64,000 nucleotides of DNA from Trichoplax adhaerens (lineage: Eukaryota; Animalia; Placozoa), in NCBI RefSeq assembly GCF_000150275.1, contig NW_002060946.1:34678-98677 (forward strand). The letters are read 5' to 3'. Numbering within the stretch: position 1 is the stretch's first letter; each line of letters starts with the position of its first letter. Of the stretch, positions 11,871-25,084 are shown one piece after another. A program made the translations under genes and the position numbers. The notes beneath the pieces were generated by a model. That model was not told the DNA's origin and searched no databases. It worked only from the letters and a program-made list of their open reading frames with translations.

Positions 11871-13377
11871 GTAAGCAAGCAAATGGCGATCATTGCGTGC
11901 CGTTGTAGTTAGCACAACAGTAAGAAAGGATACTACAAATTTAATACAGGATAGATTGACTTGTTAAGATGAACAAATACTATTAGAGAATACAGTCATT
12001 GTAGTCCTTGATGACGATGGACATTGCATTCCATTTTGTCGTTATTTCAATTCTGATTTCGGTCATGTCTCATTGCTATTCGATTGGACAGCCGATTTAT
12101 CCTCCCTTTGACGGCTCGATGTAAAGTAATGGACGTTGTTGCGTGTTGCAATATCGATGTTTAGACGGCTAACCGTGGGCGACTAGATTCTGAAACACTT
12201 AATAAATGTCTACGTCGTGTATACTGTATTTGACCAAGCCAGCCATTTTTTTAACGTCAAAGTATTGCAAGACTATTGAATCCGTATTAATGCGTTTTAT
12301 CATTGGTGAATCTAAACCAAAATCTGTTATTACTCATCAACTGGAACTGGAAACATGACGTCAGACTTGCACATGGATGATAAAACGTTGTCACCTCCAG
12401 CATAGCTGCTTATGAGATGGAACTATATTAGTCTACCAGTCACAGATTGAATACTAGAGTAGTTTTACCCATTCTGTTGACAGATTAATTACATATAATT
12501 ATACGCGCTAACATTAAGCCACATGTTAGGAAGTAAAAAAATGATCTTCCAATCGAGCTCAGCTGTTTTTGTAATAGTCAAACGCTAAAGGTACTATTGA
12601 GTTAAGGTTTGTTTGCTACAACAACTGTCATTACTGTAATAAATTTCAAATTTTATAAATTAAACCTCTTTACTAAATCGTTTGCCAATCATATTGTTTG
12701 TTCAATAGACGTACAGCAGATTAAACTAATATTACGGTCGTATGCGTTTATAATCTCGAACGGTAATGATGCATTTAGTCGATATGCTAATGTGATGTAG
12801 TAACTAATGCATCGCAAGGTAATTTATTCGACGAAAGAACACAATTTATGACGCAATTAATTTATTTGAAAGTGCAGCAATACTACTAAATTTTGGTCTT
12901 GCTGTTTATGATTTCCGTTAAATCACATATTACTAGCTCTTTGATTTCTACTATTTCGTGATTTCGGCAATCAAAGTACTGTATTCGGGTATTTTCAATG
13001 TTGTGATCCATGGCCGTGTATAGAGTAATCATAGATTTAAAGAGGATTGATTGATTGATAGTTTCAAATCTTAGCTAATCGAATCAGAAATTAAGAAATT
13101 ATCCTATATGGCTATATCACATCACTATACATTATATAAGTAATTATAGGTTTGGTATTATACATTGTAATACATTTCAGTAACGACCAAATTAAAAAAT
13201 TTATGGATACCATCTATTGAAATGGCGAGATCCTCAGTGTAGATAGTACATTTAATGATTTTTGTTGCCTCGACAGTAATGTACACCTACATACGAGTAC
13301 ATGGGTAACCATCCTCGGTATTCGAGTATGTTTTCCATGCACAGATAATAATGCATATTATTTTGTCATGCTCAGCA

Positions 13378-14504
13378 ATGTCAGGTAGATTTCAAGTAAA
13401 ATTGGACGTGACGAAGATCGTCCATAGGGCAAAGCCGACATCGATGTCGCTTCATGATCGGTAAGCTAGCTATTTTAAGTTTTTACTCTATACTTATTCA
13501 CTATTGCATGTTACTGACCCACGTATAAAATCTGTTATACTAGATATACAAGCTGATACTTGTTAATTGTAATATGATACTGCAATATTTAAATTAGATC
13601 TCTCAGATATTAGTTGCTGTGGCAGAACACTGCGTTCTTGTAATGCCGCTGTTACAGATTATGTCACTTAATGATTATCTCACACTGCACTGTATGATTA
13701 CAAACCGTTATCAGGTTTACGAAGATAAAAGCTGCAAGCTCCATGGAGACTGGAGTCACGAAGCGGGTAAATGACCGTGTCGCAAGTGCAAAAAATCGTC
13801 GGCTGGCGCTGCAGCTATCAAAGCGAACAGGTGCTCAGGCCGCAGTCAGATCAACTGGCAACTTGTCTAATCGATTCGGTGCAATAAACAAGAATGTAGG
13901 TGCTGCTACCAACACCAGGGATGCTAGATATAGGCTTAATGAACGTACAAATCGCTCCAGCAGGCCATCAAGTCAAGGTGACGTAAAGTCGCGCTTAGGA
14001 TATCCGAGCAATAGACGTGGAAGTCCTACTAAGCGTGGAAGTGGCGGACGTGGCATGCGTGGCAACTGGGTTAGACGTGGTCGTCAAGGACGAATTGGTG
14101 GCCGAGGACTTGGAAGAGGTGCTTATCAGAACGATTGGAATCCCACAAACAATAATTCTCATTATAATGAAAACAGTGCTGGTTATCAAAAGCAGCGTGG
14201 CAATAAAAGCAATAGTAATAGAGCAGAATATCCATCCAGGAATCGAGGCAGACGTGGTAGAGGTGGAAGGAATCGTCGTGGACGAAGAAATGGTAGAGAT
14301 ACTAGAAATAACTTCGAGAGTAAGGACAACAACGGTGGCGATATCAGCATTCAGATCTCAAATGATCGTAGCGAGGAGCAAGATGATAAAGCACGAATAG
14401 AAGATGATTTAGATGACTACAGGAATGATGAAGAAGTAGTTGGTGATGATAATGAAGAAGATGAAGCCCCCTTGGAGGAAGAAATGGAGACCGAGATTGA
14501 CTAA
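13378..14504 (+). CDS. CHTOP: Chromatin target of PRMT1 (FOP/SRAG); coding exons 13378-13460 and 13715-14504
   Basis: Spliced N-terminus ...KPTSMSLHDR|FTKIK matches CHTOP TKMSLNERFT. VASAKNRRLALQL matches LASARNRRLAQQM. RG/RGG-rich middle and C-terminal KARIEDDLDDY FoP-type motif. Confidence 0.88.
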
Positions 14505-16139
14505 TTTTCGTTGAGATCTTTTGTTCTTGTACAAATTTATTCGTAGGGTATAAATCGTTATCAATTGCACGTTCTCTTTTTATTTTATAATCACAGGCTC
14601 CATAATAGTTATACTTGCGTATAGATAGCTACCACTACACTACCGGCATACTATTGTAATGAAGTTACGGTGGATAAGGCAAAAATGGATAAATAGAACA
14701 TACTTTTCAGAGTCGCACACATAAGTGTAATTTACTCGGTACAGTTATAAACTGTATCATACTTGTATCAGTTAGGACATGGACCTGAGTTGATAATGTG
14801 AAACAGCTATCATAACAATTAAAGAATTAATATACTCGTACTTGTCAGCAGTACAGCCATCCTTATAGCGTTTACGGTAACCATTCAATCATGTGTCTTG
14901 ATACACACATTTAAAATCGGGTTAAATTATTAGTTATTATTAGCTATTAATAGCTAAAAAGTAGGCGGTTAAAATGTAACATTCCAGATGTTGTTTCGCA
15001 ATTCTTGTTGCAAAGTGTATGTTCTTAACTCTGCAAGATCGTGTTTATGTTAATTTAATTTTTATTTTGAATATTCAATGTACAGCGCTACGGTTTTCTG
15101 TTAATTTAAACGTATTTATATGTAAACTCATGGACAAATTGCTGCGACTTTTCTACTGTGATACTGTATTGATATCGATGTTACTGTTAGTCGTATGGCT
15201 GCAGTTAATTGTTAGACAAAATACTGGATTCATAACTGTTAAAACTATTGATCTTTGATCTGTTTTAACAATTTTTACTACTTAGCGTTTACTCATAATT
15301 TTATAATAAAATTTAGTTAGGAGTATTAAGTTGATCGAAGTTGTTTGCAGTCCATATCTCGGACATTAACTATACACATACGCCTTAAAAGATGAGCTTA
15401 CTAATTAATTGATAACATTATTCCCACAGTTATCAGCAAATACTAAGACGACATTGGAAGTTATTCAACCATTTCAAATACCTCTACAACAACAATGACG
15501 ACAAATGTGCATTTATTCAATCCCAGTAAATGTCTTTTAATTGAATCTTTCGTGCTAATATATAACACTACTTCTCATGTCTCATACAAATAATAATACA
15601 CTGAGCCGAATGGGAATCGGTCGTATGCAATTCTCTCTCACAGGGTACAATTAATTTCACCATTAGATAATTGTAAATTATGATGATATCGAGAAAATAC
15701 AATAGCATCTCAATAATCTCGAACCAGCGCTTTACGTAGCTTATCCAATGAGCGCTGTATCCGCTAAAGCATTATTAGAATTTTTATTGAAAATTGTTCA
15801 AGTTTCTAACTACAATCACATCAAACGAGTTTAAATACTACACGCTACAAAGTGTCTTTATAATCAATCTTTCCAATAAAAAAGTTCCATAGCGATATCA
15901 TGCACCGCTCTAGAGAGTCAATTGTAATTAATTAATATTACAAAGTACCATGACTAAGTCTAATGTACTAGTGTGATCAAGCTTGTTATCACCATCCAGT
16001 TAGTCGATGAATTTCATCACTTGCTTCCTCTCATAGTTAGCTGATAACAATACTTTTTTCATTTTATTGTTCCCTAGCTGATTTAAAAATTTCCTCCTAT
16101 CGCACTTCTTCAAGACTAACATTGAAATGGAACATAACC

Positions 16140-19100
16140 TTAAAAGAACTTCTTAGCAGAAGCTTCCTGCCGTTGCCTATAAGCATTGTAACCAATAACG
16201 AGGAAGAGCTGAAGAAGCATTAAAACTGACATCCCGAACATTCCAACGCAACTAACTGTCGGACAATCGCCACCTTGTTGGCTCTTGTTCTCCAACTGTA
16301 ATTATATGGCAGAGCGATAATGCAAATTAGCAATTAAAATTACCTCTTATTCTATTCAAAAGTTTGCGGTACAGCAAAATTTATTCAATAAGAGTAAATT
16401 CTGTTCACGTCAAACGTTAGCCAAAAGGGCAATTTTGAAAGTCTAGCAATTTACCATAAGTTTAATAGCTGCAACCTCCTGCATAACGCTCTGCAGATTA
16501 TCTATTGCTTCCCCTCCTTGACCTCCATTTTTGCTTCCAACTTTATTATTTATGTTATCTATGGTTGTTCTAAACAAAATCGTATTTTACGTAAAAGTAT
16601 AAGAATTAAATGGCTATTAACAATCATGGGATAAACTCGATAGCTATACCGTAATGTGTACCTCAGATTCTTTACGTCAGTTACAAGATCTTTTTGCATT
16701 TGTGATACTGATTGTAAGGCATTTCCCTGATTTGCACCCGAAGAACCTTTCATAATCTCACTGAAGCCATCAAACTTTTTTTGCAATGTCCTAAAAGCAA
16801 TATAAAAAAAAATATCGTATTATCATCCAAAAATCAAATACAGCATATCTATAATTTCCGCTAACGTTATTCTTGAACCAATTTCGTGATTAGCCGCGAG
16901 CAGTTGCATGAAACTGCGTTCCACATGTCCTTGCATCTATTTACAATGTCATTTAGCAAGTAAAAAATGTCAATAGTATTGCAAAGGCTAGTCTTCAGTT
17001 TGCTATGCTCGTATACTTAACAAGCATAATTTGTACCAAAATATCATCCAAACATTTAATCCTACCGAATCTTCTTCATCTGTGAATTTCTCCGGATGCT
17101 CTTTCTTATATCTATATATAAAATTTGAATTTATGCACTAATTGCATGGATCTATTAACCGTAAATGATCGTTACTTCTCTCTGCGTTTTTCGAATTCTT
17201 CACTAAATTCCGTGTACTGCTTCTTAGATTTATCACCTTCCACAACATCAGCAGCTTTAGGCGCTTCCTAATTTAATAGTATCAGCATTAGTAAATTCAT
17301 AAAAGTTACACTTTCTCATTACTAAATGTAATGCAACAAAAATAGAAGCACATACAGCTTGTGTCCTCAAAGACCACGTTAAAAAGGATATAATATCATG
17401 ATCATCTAAAGAATAGGAAGTACAAGGTAATTCGAAAAATGGAAGATATAATTATATTTAAACCAAATTATAGCCTAAAACTACAGTATAATTGTTATAG
17501 TAAAGTATAAATAATTATAGCAGACTTAACGTTACCTGCTAATCCACCAGTTGCTGCTGACGCACCAAAATAACCATTAGGTGCGATATCAACATTATCA
17601 ACTTTAAAACACACCTCCAAATCATTGTCTTCATCGCTTAATCCGTTGTTGATTAGTAACTATTCAGAGGGTCCAGTTGAAGAAATTGTTAAATTAAAAC
17701 TATAAACTGACATATACATGTAACTCACCGAAAGAGTTGATTTTTCATATCTAATAATAGTTTTAATCGGAAAAGGTCGATTTCGATAATCTCTCATACA
17801 ACCACCTATTGCTTGTGAAGACCCATCACTATTTGAAAGATAAAAGAATTATTGCCTTAACACTTTATTACTATATAATTTTCTAAACAAGCATTAATTT
17901 CACTCGATTATGCTACAGGCAGTAATCACAATCGTAACAATTATCACACTATCGATCGTAATAGAAATTAGGTCCAAGTCTTGTACCTGGTATGATCAAA
18001 AGATTTTGTCCCATCATTCACGACAGCCATGATATACGGATTATTATGCTAATGAAAATGTACAGTGTTAATCTTATATCGGCTGAATATCATCAAAGCT
18101 ATAGAAAATTCTGTAATAGTTTATAGTAATTATCCATGCAGCAAAACATTTTAAAGTTTGCCAACTAGTTATCGAACTATAGGATAACTTTTAAATTAAT
18201 TCCAGTCATTCCATCTAACCTGTCCATCGTTATCAAATGAATCGAAAAATATACCAAGTCCTTTCCATTTATCTTCACTTCCGAATACGGGCCCTACATT
18301 GCCTGGTTTTTCTGTAAACCACAGAGCCTGAAAATTTAACAGAACACAAGCATTTCACTCATGATCAGATCAGCACAATAAGGTTAAAATGAAATCTACA
18401 GTATATAACCACATTAATAACTACTTCCCGAACAAGTAGTAAACGAAAAGATAAGGGTTAGCTACGGTAAGGTGTACATCAGTACCCCTAAACCTATAAT
18501 ATAGCAGCATATAATACTGCGAGGTATATTGATATATATACGTGTAAACCTATAGATAACTGAAGATTTGCCTTCCGTCGGTAACACATAGTTGTGCACC
18601 ACACTGATACCTCATTAGAATACAATTCGTACGCAATGTTCAAGTAATATACGTATATAATTTATTTCTTGAGTGATGCAGTTACTTTGTAGCACTACAG
18701 CAATACGATTTAGATGAAGGGTACTATATTCCGGTTAAAAACGATAAAGTAACCCAGTAACGATCAATTTGATATTATAAATATTCAAAAATTATCCATA
18801 CAATATTCCGTAGGCAATCAATTTTATGCGTCTTTCATTATGATGGTACTGTAACAACTTCAATTTAATAACATACCAGACCATCAGCACCAACGCGACC
18901 ACGTCCAGTAATTCTGAAGTTTACTTGTACTTCCCAAGATTTCGAAGAAAAGGCGTTTTTGGTCCATACAACTCCTATAAAATACATATCATCACAATAA
19001 TAAGTAGCTAATTGACCAAACATCGTGGTGGCATGCTGTGATGCAAGTATCATCGAGGTACGACACTGACATAGGATATGAACATATTTGTACTGTGGCG

Positions 19101-20722
19101 GATCAAAAATTCAAGTAGAAGTAATAAGAAGTCCATGAAAGCTACAAGTACCTCTTTTACTACGAATTGAGGGAACCAATCTTAACTGTTCTTTACTCGG
19201 TATGGCATCTGATAAAGGAATGGAAGAAATTTGTCAAAATATTATTCATTTTTCAATAGCTAAGACAACAGGACTTACAGGCTATCTGAATAAAACAATT
19301 TCAAAATAATAACAATTAATAATTATAATTATCATAAACTGGAGTGCGGTACTGTCTTTAGAAAGGTATTTTTTATCGAGATCTTGTGTAGGCTATGTCC
19401 ATGATGGACAATGTTCGTTTCATACACCATAGAAAAGCCTGGATTGTAGCTTAAGTATTTTAAAGGTAAGTATGTGAGAAATCATCTACTTTATCATAAC
19501 CTAATCTATACACTATAAAATCATTGTGGCCGAATCTTGTTTTCCCTATACAGTACAGCAGGTAGTCTAATCGTAAGATAGAATCTAATTGATTGTAACA
19601 AGGAAACGTAGAGTCAGCAGCAAATCTGTTGAAATTAATTGTCTTGAACTATTTACTACAGTATTACGGTCTTTGGGCATAATTAATGTATCTTTGGAAC
19701 TGACTTGAAATAATTACTGACAAATTCTTCGAGAATCTAAATCTTATAAGAGCCATATTAAATAACTATTTTCACTGATCCTTCTTTGTCCTTATTTTCC
19801 ATACAAGGATTTAACTGGCGCACGGTTGCTATCACGGCGTCTACGGTTTACGACTGTATGCGTTAGGTACTAACATTTTGTTACAGACCTATGCAGTACA
19901 AAACAGTATTGTCCCTTGAGCTCATGAGTTAAATCATAGTTAATAAACCATGGTTTACGATAGTTTACGGTAGACTTTAGTATGATGCCTACTGTGCGTC
20001 GCGGACTTGTATTTCTATAACTAAAAATGTCTGGCAAGTTCTTAAGCCATCAATTACTAAATCCCATGTAGAGTTATTTATTTATACCGATATCATCTTA
20101 TCAAATCAACTCGATAGTTCGTTATTAACGCGTTACACTAACAAATGAGAATGCCGATACACTGTACTGTACATTGTACAAGTGTACAAGTACCAGTAGT
20201 GTACTGAATGTTCACATGGATATCATTACACTGCATGCACTAGACTAAGCAAGGACTATGATAGTCTTGCCAAGATGAAAAACGCTACCAATCGTCTAAA
20301 TTTACATAAAGATTTCAATTCGATTTGCTTTAGTAAATTAGGGCAACGTAAGCCAATTTTAGATATTTTGTTGTAAACCATTTCTACTAATAGTACATGT
20401 GTTCCAATTCTTGTACAAATGCCTTAAAATATAACTTGTGTAGCGAACATCAGTCTGTTAACGCGTAACATTACTGTAGAGTAGCCTTACAGTTCTGATT
20501 AAAGAATAGGTTTACCAATTCGATATCAATTTCTATATTCTCATACATACCTCCGGAGAAAGACCAGAATGGAATTAATCCTTTAGGAGTGATTAAATTC
20601 GGTCCTTTAAAGCTATATTTATACTCGAATCGCTTAATTTGAAATTCGGCTACACTAACGTGAATCAAGAAAGCTGAAACTACGATAATTGATAGAAGTA
20701 ACTTATGATTTATATCAATCAT
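16140..20722 (-). CDS. LMAN1: ERGIC-53 mannose-binding lectin, ~13 coding exons
   Basis: Signal peptide, then RFEYKYSFKGP, DAIPSKEQLRLVPSIRSKRG, WEVQVNFRITGRGRVGADGL, GIFFDSFDNDG, coiled coil, TM segment and C-terminal KKFF* (stop 16140-16142). Exon 1 is 20722-20551, exon 2 is 19208-19152. Confidence 0.96.
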
Positions 20723-21227
20723 TTTTGTGACCAATATTTCATACGAATACAATGCTTCTTTTCTTTGGCTGAAACTAACTCTAATATACGCTATTAAGAC
20801 TTAAAATGAAATAGGATCAAAGAAGGCAACAGCTCAATTAATAGTATCCAACTAAAGTATAGTATACTACGGATTACTGCTGCACTATGTGCAACTACAC
20901 CAGCTAAATGATATAACTCTGGGTTATTCAATGAAATTATTGAAATAATGGATATTGTTTGACTAGTTTTGTTTTTTGTCATGTATCGTACAGTAGCGTA
21001 CCTTTGGAAAGGGATAGTATAGAACTCTACAGTACGGCTGTTGTTACTTGTACTACTGTACACTGTATACTGTACCAGTACTGCATGTACAGTACTGTAC
21101 AGTACTTTCCACTCTGTACTACAGTATACAGTACAGTATATTGTACTGGACAGTACAGTAGCACATTGTGCAGTTTGCACTTGACGCTTGAGTGTTGGTT
21201 GATTCCTGTGTCACTATGAAGTATGAA

Positions 21228-21462
21228 CAGTGCACTGTACACTGAACTGTTATTTTCGATGGCACCCCTTCGCTTGTATTCCGTTGAGATTCCTGTATAA
21301 TATTTACATATACCCGTAGAAGGATATGTCCACATTAGGCTACAACTGCATATACTGTAGAATTGATCTAGTTTGGGCTTGATTTAACTTCCACAATTAC
21401 AGTACAGTATATCTTTTCAGGGTGCCATCGAAACTAATCAGACTGTACTGTACAGTATACTG
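21228..21462. mobile_element. MITE-like element with terminal inverted repeats in the LMAN1/LYRM7 intergenic region
   Basis: Perfect 14-bp inverted repeat tttcgatggcaccc (21254-21267)/gggtgccatcgaaa (21420-21433), extendable imperfectly to ~40 bp beginning CAGT. The internal segment has a diverged reverse-complement copy at ~10215-10355. Confidence 0.55.
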
Positions 21463-22565
21463 TACTGTACAGTGTACAGTACTGTACAGTACGAGAAGTG
21501 ATGTGGCGAATGGTGATTGGTCCAATCTAGTCGAATCCGTACACGTCTTTTCACTCATTCATACGAATAATATCAACCATTGAAGTTTGTGGTCGTCTGT
21601 GTGTCAAATTCATAATACTGTACAGTATATCAACTTGTCAATATGGCCCCCATTTACTCTGCTAAATCACCTAATCTCTTCCCCTGCTCCACTTGAGTTT
21701 CAATCATGATCCGAATCGAACCTACTGTAAAAGCTCAAAGCCAGCACTTACCATCTACACCAAATATAAATTGTAGAAAAATACACAAGTATTTTAACGA
21801 CTGAACCATGGAGGCTTGGACTACCTTTCTGTCGTAAAGCAGTGCTGTAGTTCGTTTTTAGTAGTCCATGACTGTCCTGTTATAAATCAAGTACGCATCC
21901 ATTTAAATCAACAATAGGATTATATCGAGCACTGCTTTACAGTACGCCTGCGAACATTATTGTACTGTGAATCGGTGCTGTGTCCAGGATTCATTGAATC
22001 AAAATTGCTATCATCTAGCCTGTTTGTGTAAGCGATAATACTAGCCATTGAATCAAAGTTACCATTCAGTATAATTTAGTCCGTTTCTGGACGCGATAAT
22101 ACCACGATAAAATTTTTAATTTATAACGGAACAAGATTAGAAGAATAATAACATATACTGTAAATTAGGGATCAATTCTATTTCACTGGATCCGCTGAAT
22201 CCGCAGAGCTTAGTAACAGCCAATGGAATACAATATATATACTGTACTATAATTACTTCATTTAGAAAAAAATCAGTCCATTTAGAATCGACTGTCTGCT
22301 TACTAGTGTAAAGTGCTGTCATAATGAAGCGTTTGACACAATTTGTTAACCAAAGTAGGCTAAATGTCTGTCCGTCCAAAGGAGTGTCCAATCCAGGTAT
22401 TTTTTCAAAGTAAGTGTACAGTACTGTGTACATTGTACAACTTAACATACTCTACTGTACACTGTACTGCACATAACCTACAGGACACTCTTTGCTCGTT
22501 GCGATATAGTGATGATGGACACTTGACACTTTCCAAATGGATTATAGTTTCCAGATATTCAAAGA

Positions 22566-24457
22566 ATGATGGCTGCAGCTTCCGAACTTCGTTTGAAGGT
22601 TAGTACGGAAAAATGACTTAACAAAACGAAATGTAGCCATCTCAATTCCGATCTGATTTATGTAATAAAGTCACTGCAATTTTCTGACAGCAGACTATCC
22701 ACACTGCAGAAATACCAGTACACTCCCTTACGAGATCAAATTTGCAAAGAAAGACTTCAGCAGTATACACTATGTTCAATTTATATGCGAGTATGTTATA
22801 CATTGTAGTAATTATACAGTACATTGCTACGCTCAGTGTTCTGTTGGCGCTTTTTGTATTTCGTGGATGATTTATTGTACATGTACGTTGTACAGCATGG
22901 GCAATTGTTTATGATATGGTCATGGGTTACTACTGCATATTTAGTGATCAATGGTTACTGTACTTAGCTGTAAAGCGATGAAATTCCCTTTTGACTAGAG
23001 CGCCTCAAATCCTTCTGCTACCACTGATGCAAAACACTTTATACGCGTGTTTAGTCTTGTTAACACTGACATCACATGAGATATTTTAAGTACTCAAGGA
23101 TGCATTCGAAAGATAGTGATTGTATTATACCATTAGGGTTCCCTTGTAATACTTCGTCTACTAAATACCACATCTGTTACAATGATTGAAATTAAAACCT
23201 ATATTCATTTTAATTTTTTCAGGTAGTAGGCCTATATCGGTCACTATATCGCACTAGACAAGAATTATTCCATGGTGATCAAGTAGCACTTACAGGTGAG
23301 TAATAACGATTTCAATTATTGTACATACTTACTGTACGTGCACGTTCACTATTGTACTCGTATATACTGCAACACACATTAAATCCTTCCTGTACTTGAG
23401 CTGTTACTTTACCTACAGTGGAGAATACAGTATCGAAATAATATTTTATTTTATAGTCAATAGAACTAATGAAACTGCTAGTACACTCACTATTCTATTT
23501 GCAACCTCTACTACTGCATAGTATAGTATATTTAAAAACTCATCAGGCAATGACTATTTTTGTTCTATCTTTGTTACCTCCCAATTAGTTTCCTTGCAGA
23601 AATTGAGACATGGATTTTTAGAGAACAAAAATGAAGCTGACCCCGAAAAGATTAAAAATGTTAGTAAAAATATAACTTATTCTATATTCTTTCATCATCT
23701 GTAGCCAATTTTTAATTTCTTAAATAAGCTGCTTCACAACCAGGTAATAACTAATACATAATTTACAATTATAATTGCTCTCCCTTTCTAAAGGCGATAT
23801 ACGCGTATTACAAGTATAAAAGGCAAACTTATATCATCTAAATGACATATAGGATTTGCTAGCAAAGCTTAAATGCTTATCATCGGCAGAAAAAGAATTT
23901 AAATATAATATTTATTCTATTATATTCATATCTGCATAGCTAATCAAGCTTGGAGAAGAAGTAAATTACTTACTGAAACATAAGACTGTCCAATGTCAAC
24001 TAAACAATACAGGAAACTATGGTAAATTTACTTTAAGTACAATTAGTGTAAATCTAAATTTTGACGAAATATAGCATGCTTCTCATGTACACTATCTTTA
24101 CGTTGAAAGCAAAAATTATATCCTTCCATCGTAGGATTGATATTTCCACTGCATTCTGTAAACATAATTGCTTTAAATCTAAAGTTTTGCAATTTAATGC
24201 TTGCTTACATTTATAATATATCGAAAGTAACCGTAGTCTTTATTACTTTATTTCAAACGCCCAATCTTCATGAATACTGTACATTAGAATTAACGACCAC
24301 GTTTTATTTGATAAATTTTACTACAGTGCCAACTCACAATGTTACAAAGAGAATGAGATAAAATAATATTAATTTCATTATTTCTATTTTAGAAATGAAA
24401 ATCAGAAAGGACACGACACTTTTGGATAATGCTGTCTATCCAAATGACAAAAGATGA
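22566..24457 (+). CDS. LYRM7: Complex III assembly factor LYRM7 (MZM1L); exons 22566-22598, 23223-23295, 23589-23659, 23940-24021, 24393-24457
   Basis: Phase-consistent splicing gives MMAAASELRLK-VVGLYRSLYRTRQELFHGDQVALT-VSLQKLRHGFLENKNEADPEKIKN-LIKLGEEVNYLLKHKTVQCQLNNTGNY-EMKIRKDTTLLDNAVYPNDKR*, collinear with LYRM7 (LFKTLHRTRQQVFKND...NKSETSSKKIEELMKIG). Absent from the ORF track. Confidence 0.92.
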
Positions 24458-25084
24458 TGCTTACAGCTGTTTTTCGGAACGTGATAATTAAACTAACAAA
24501 ATATTATTCATACTATGGGCATGAATTAAGCTGGCATATACAATATAGAAAATGCCGATAAGATCATAATTACTTTAGGTTGCGTGGTGATGTGTTGAAA
24601 TATTTTTGTCACGGCTTAACCATAACTGCATGTAATATATTATTACCAATAGTAAATAGTAGGTCGCTAGGTAGAAATGGAACTATAAGTACGTAACTAC
24701 CGACTAGTAATAGAATTATGAAGTTATTAACGTCCATTCTACTTTACAAAGCCAATAGTATTGTATACATGATGCCGTAACAACCATGTATGTACAGTAT
24801 ATGTATGACTGTATGTATATACGTACGTTGATGTAATAATTACTACGCAAGCTACTATGTTATTTTAGCATGTTATTTATGAAATTATTAAAGCCAAAAT
24901 CAGGCGCATTGATAAAAACCAAACGAATGACTGCTATTGATTTATGTACATTGCACAGTCTAAACTTTTATCTACCTTCCTATGCAATCGATTGTTGGTA
25001 TTTTCACTTCGAATATACACATGGCTATGCTATTTACAATGTAGTCGGTGCATAAAGAACACACGAACAATAGCCAAATAGACA

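Noticed and set aside
12009-12056. TGATGA...CTGA box C/D pair
   Set aside because: Only ~48 nt, no terminal stem and no recognised rRNA antisense element.
13995-14400. Overlapping alternative-frame and antisense ORFs in CHTOP, and similar ones within CEP152, the 42820 exon and the GPCRs
   Set aside because: Expected shadows of real coding exons, with no independent motifs.
20794-21335. Y/C/T/V/S-rich ORFs (also at 22137-22603 and 28261-28890)
   Set aside because: These are translations of TACAGTA/TACTGTA arrays, open on both strands.
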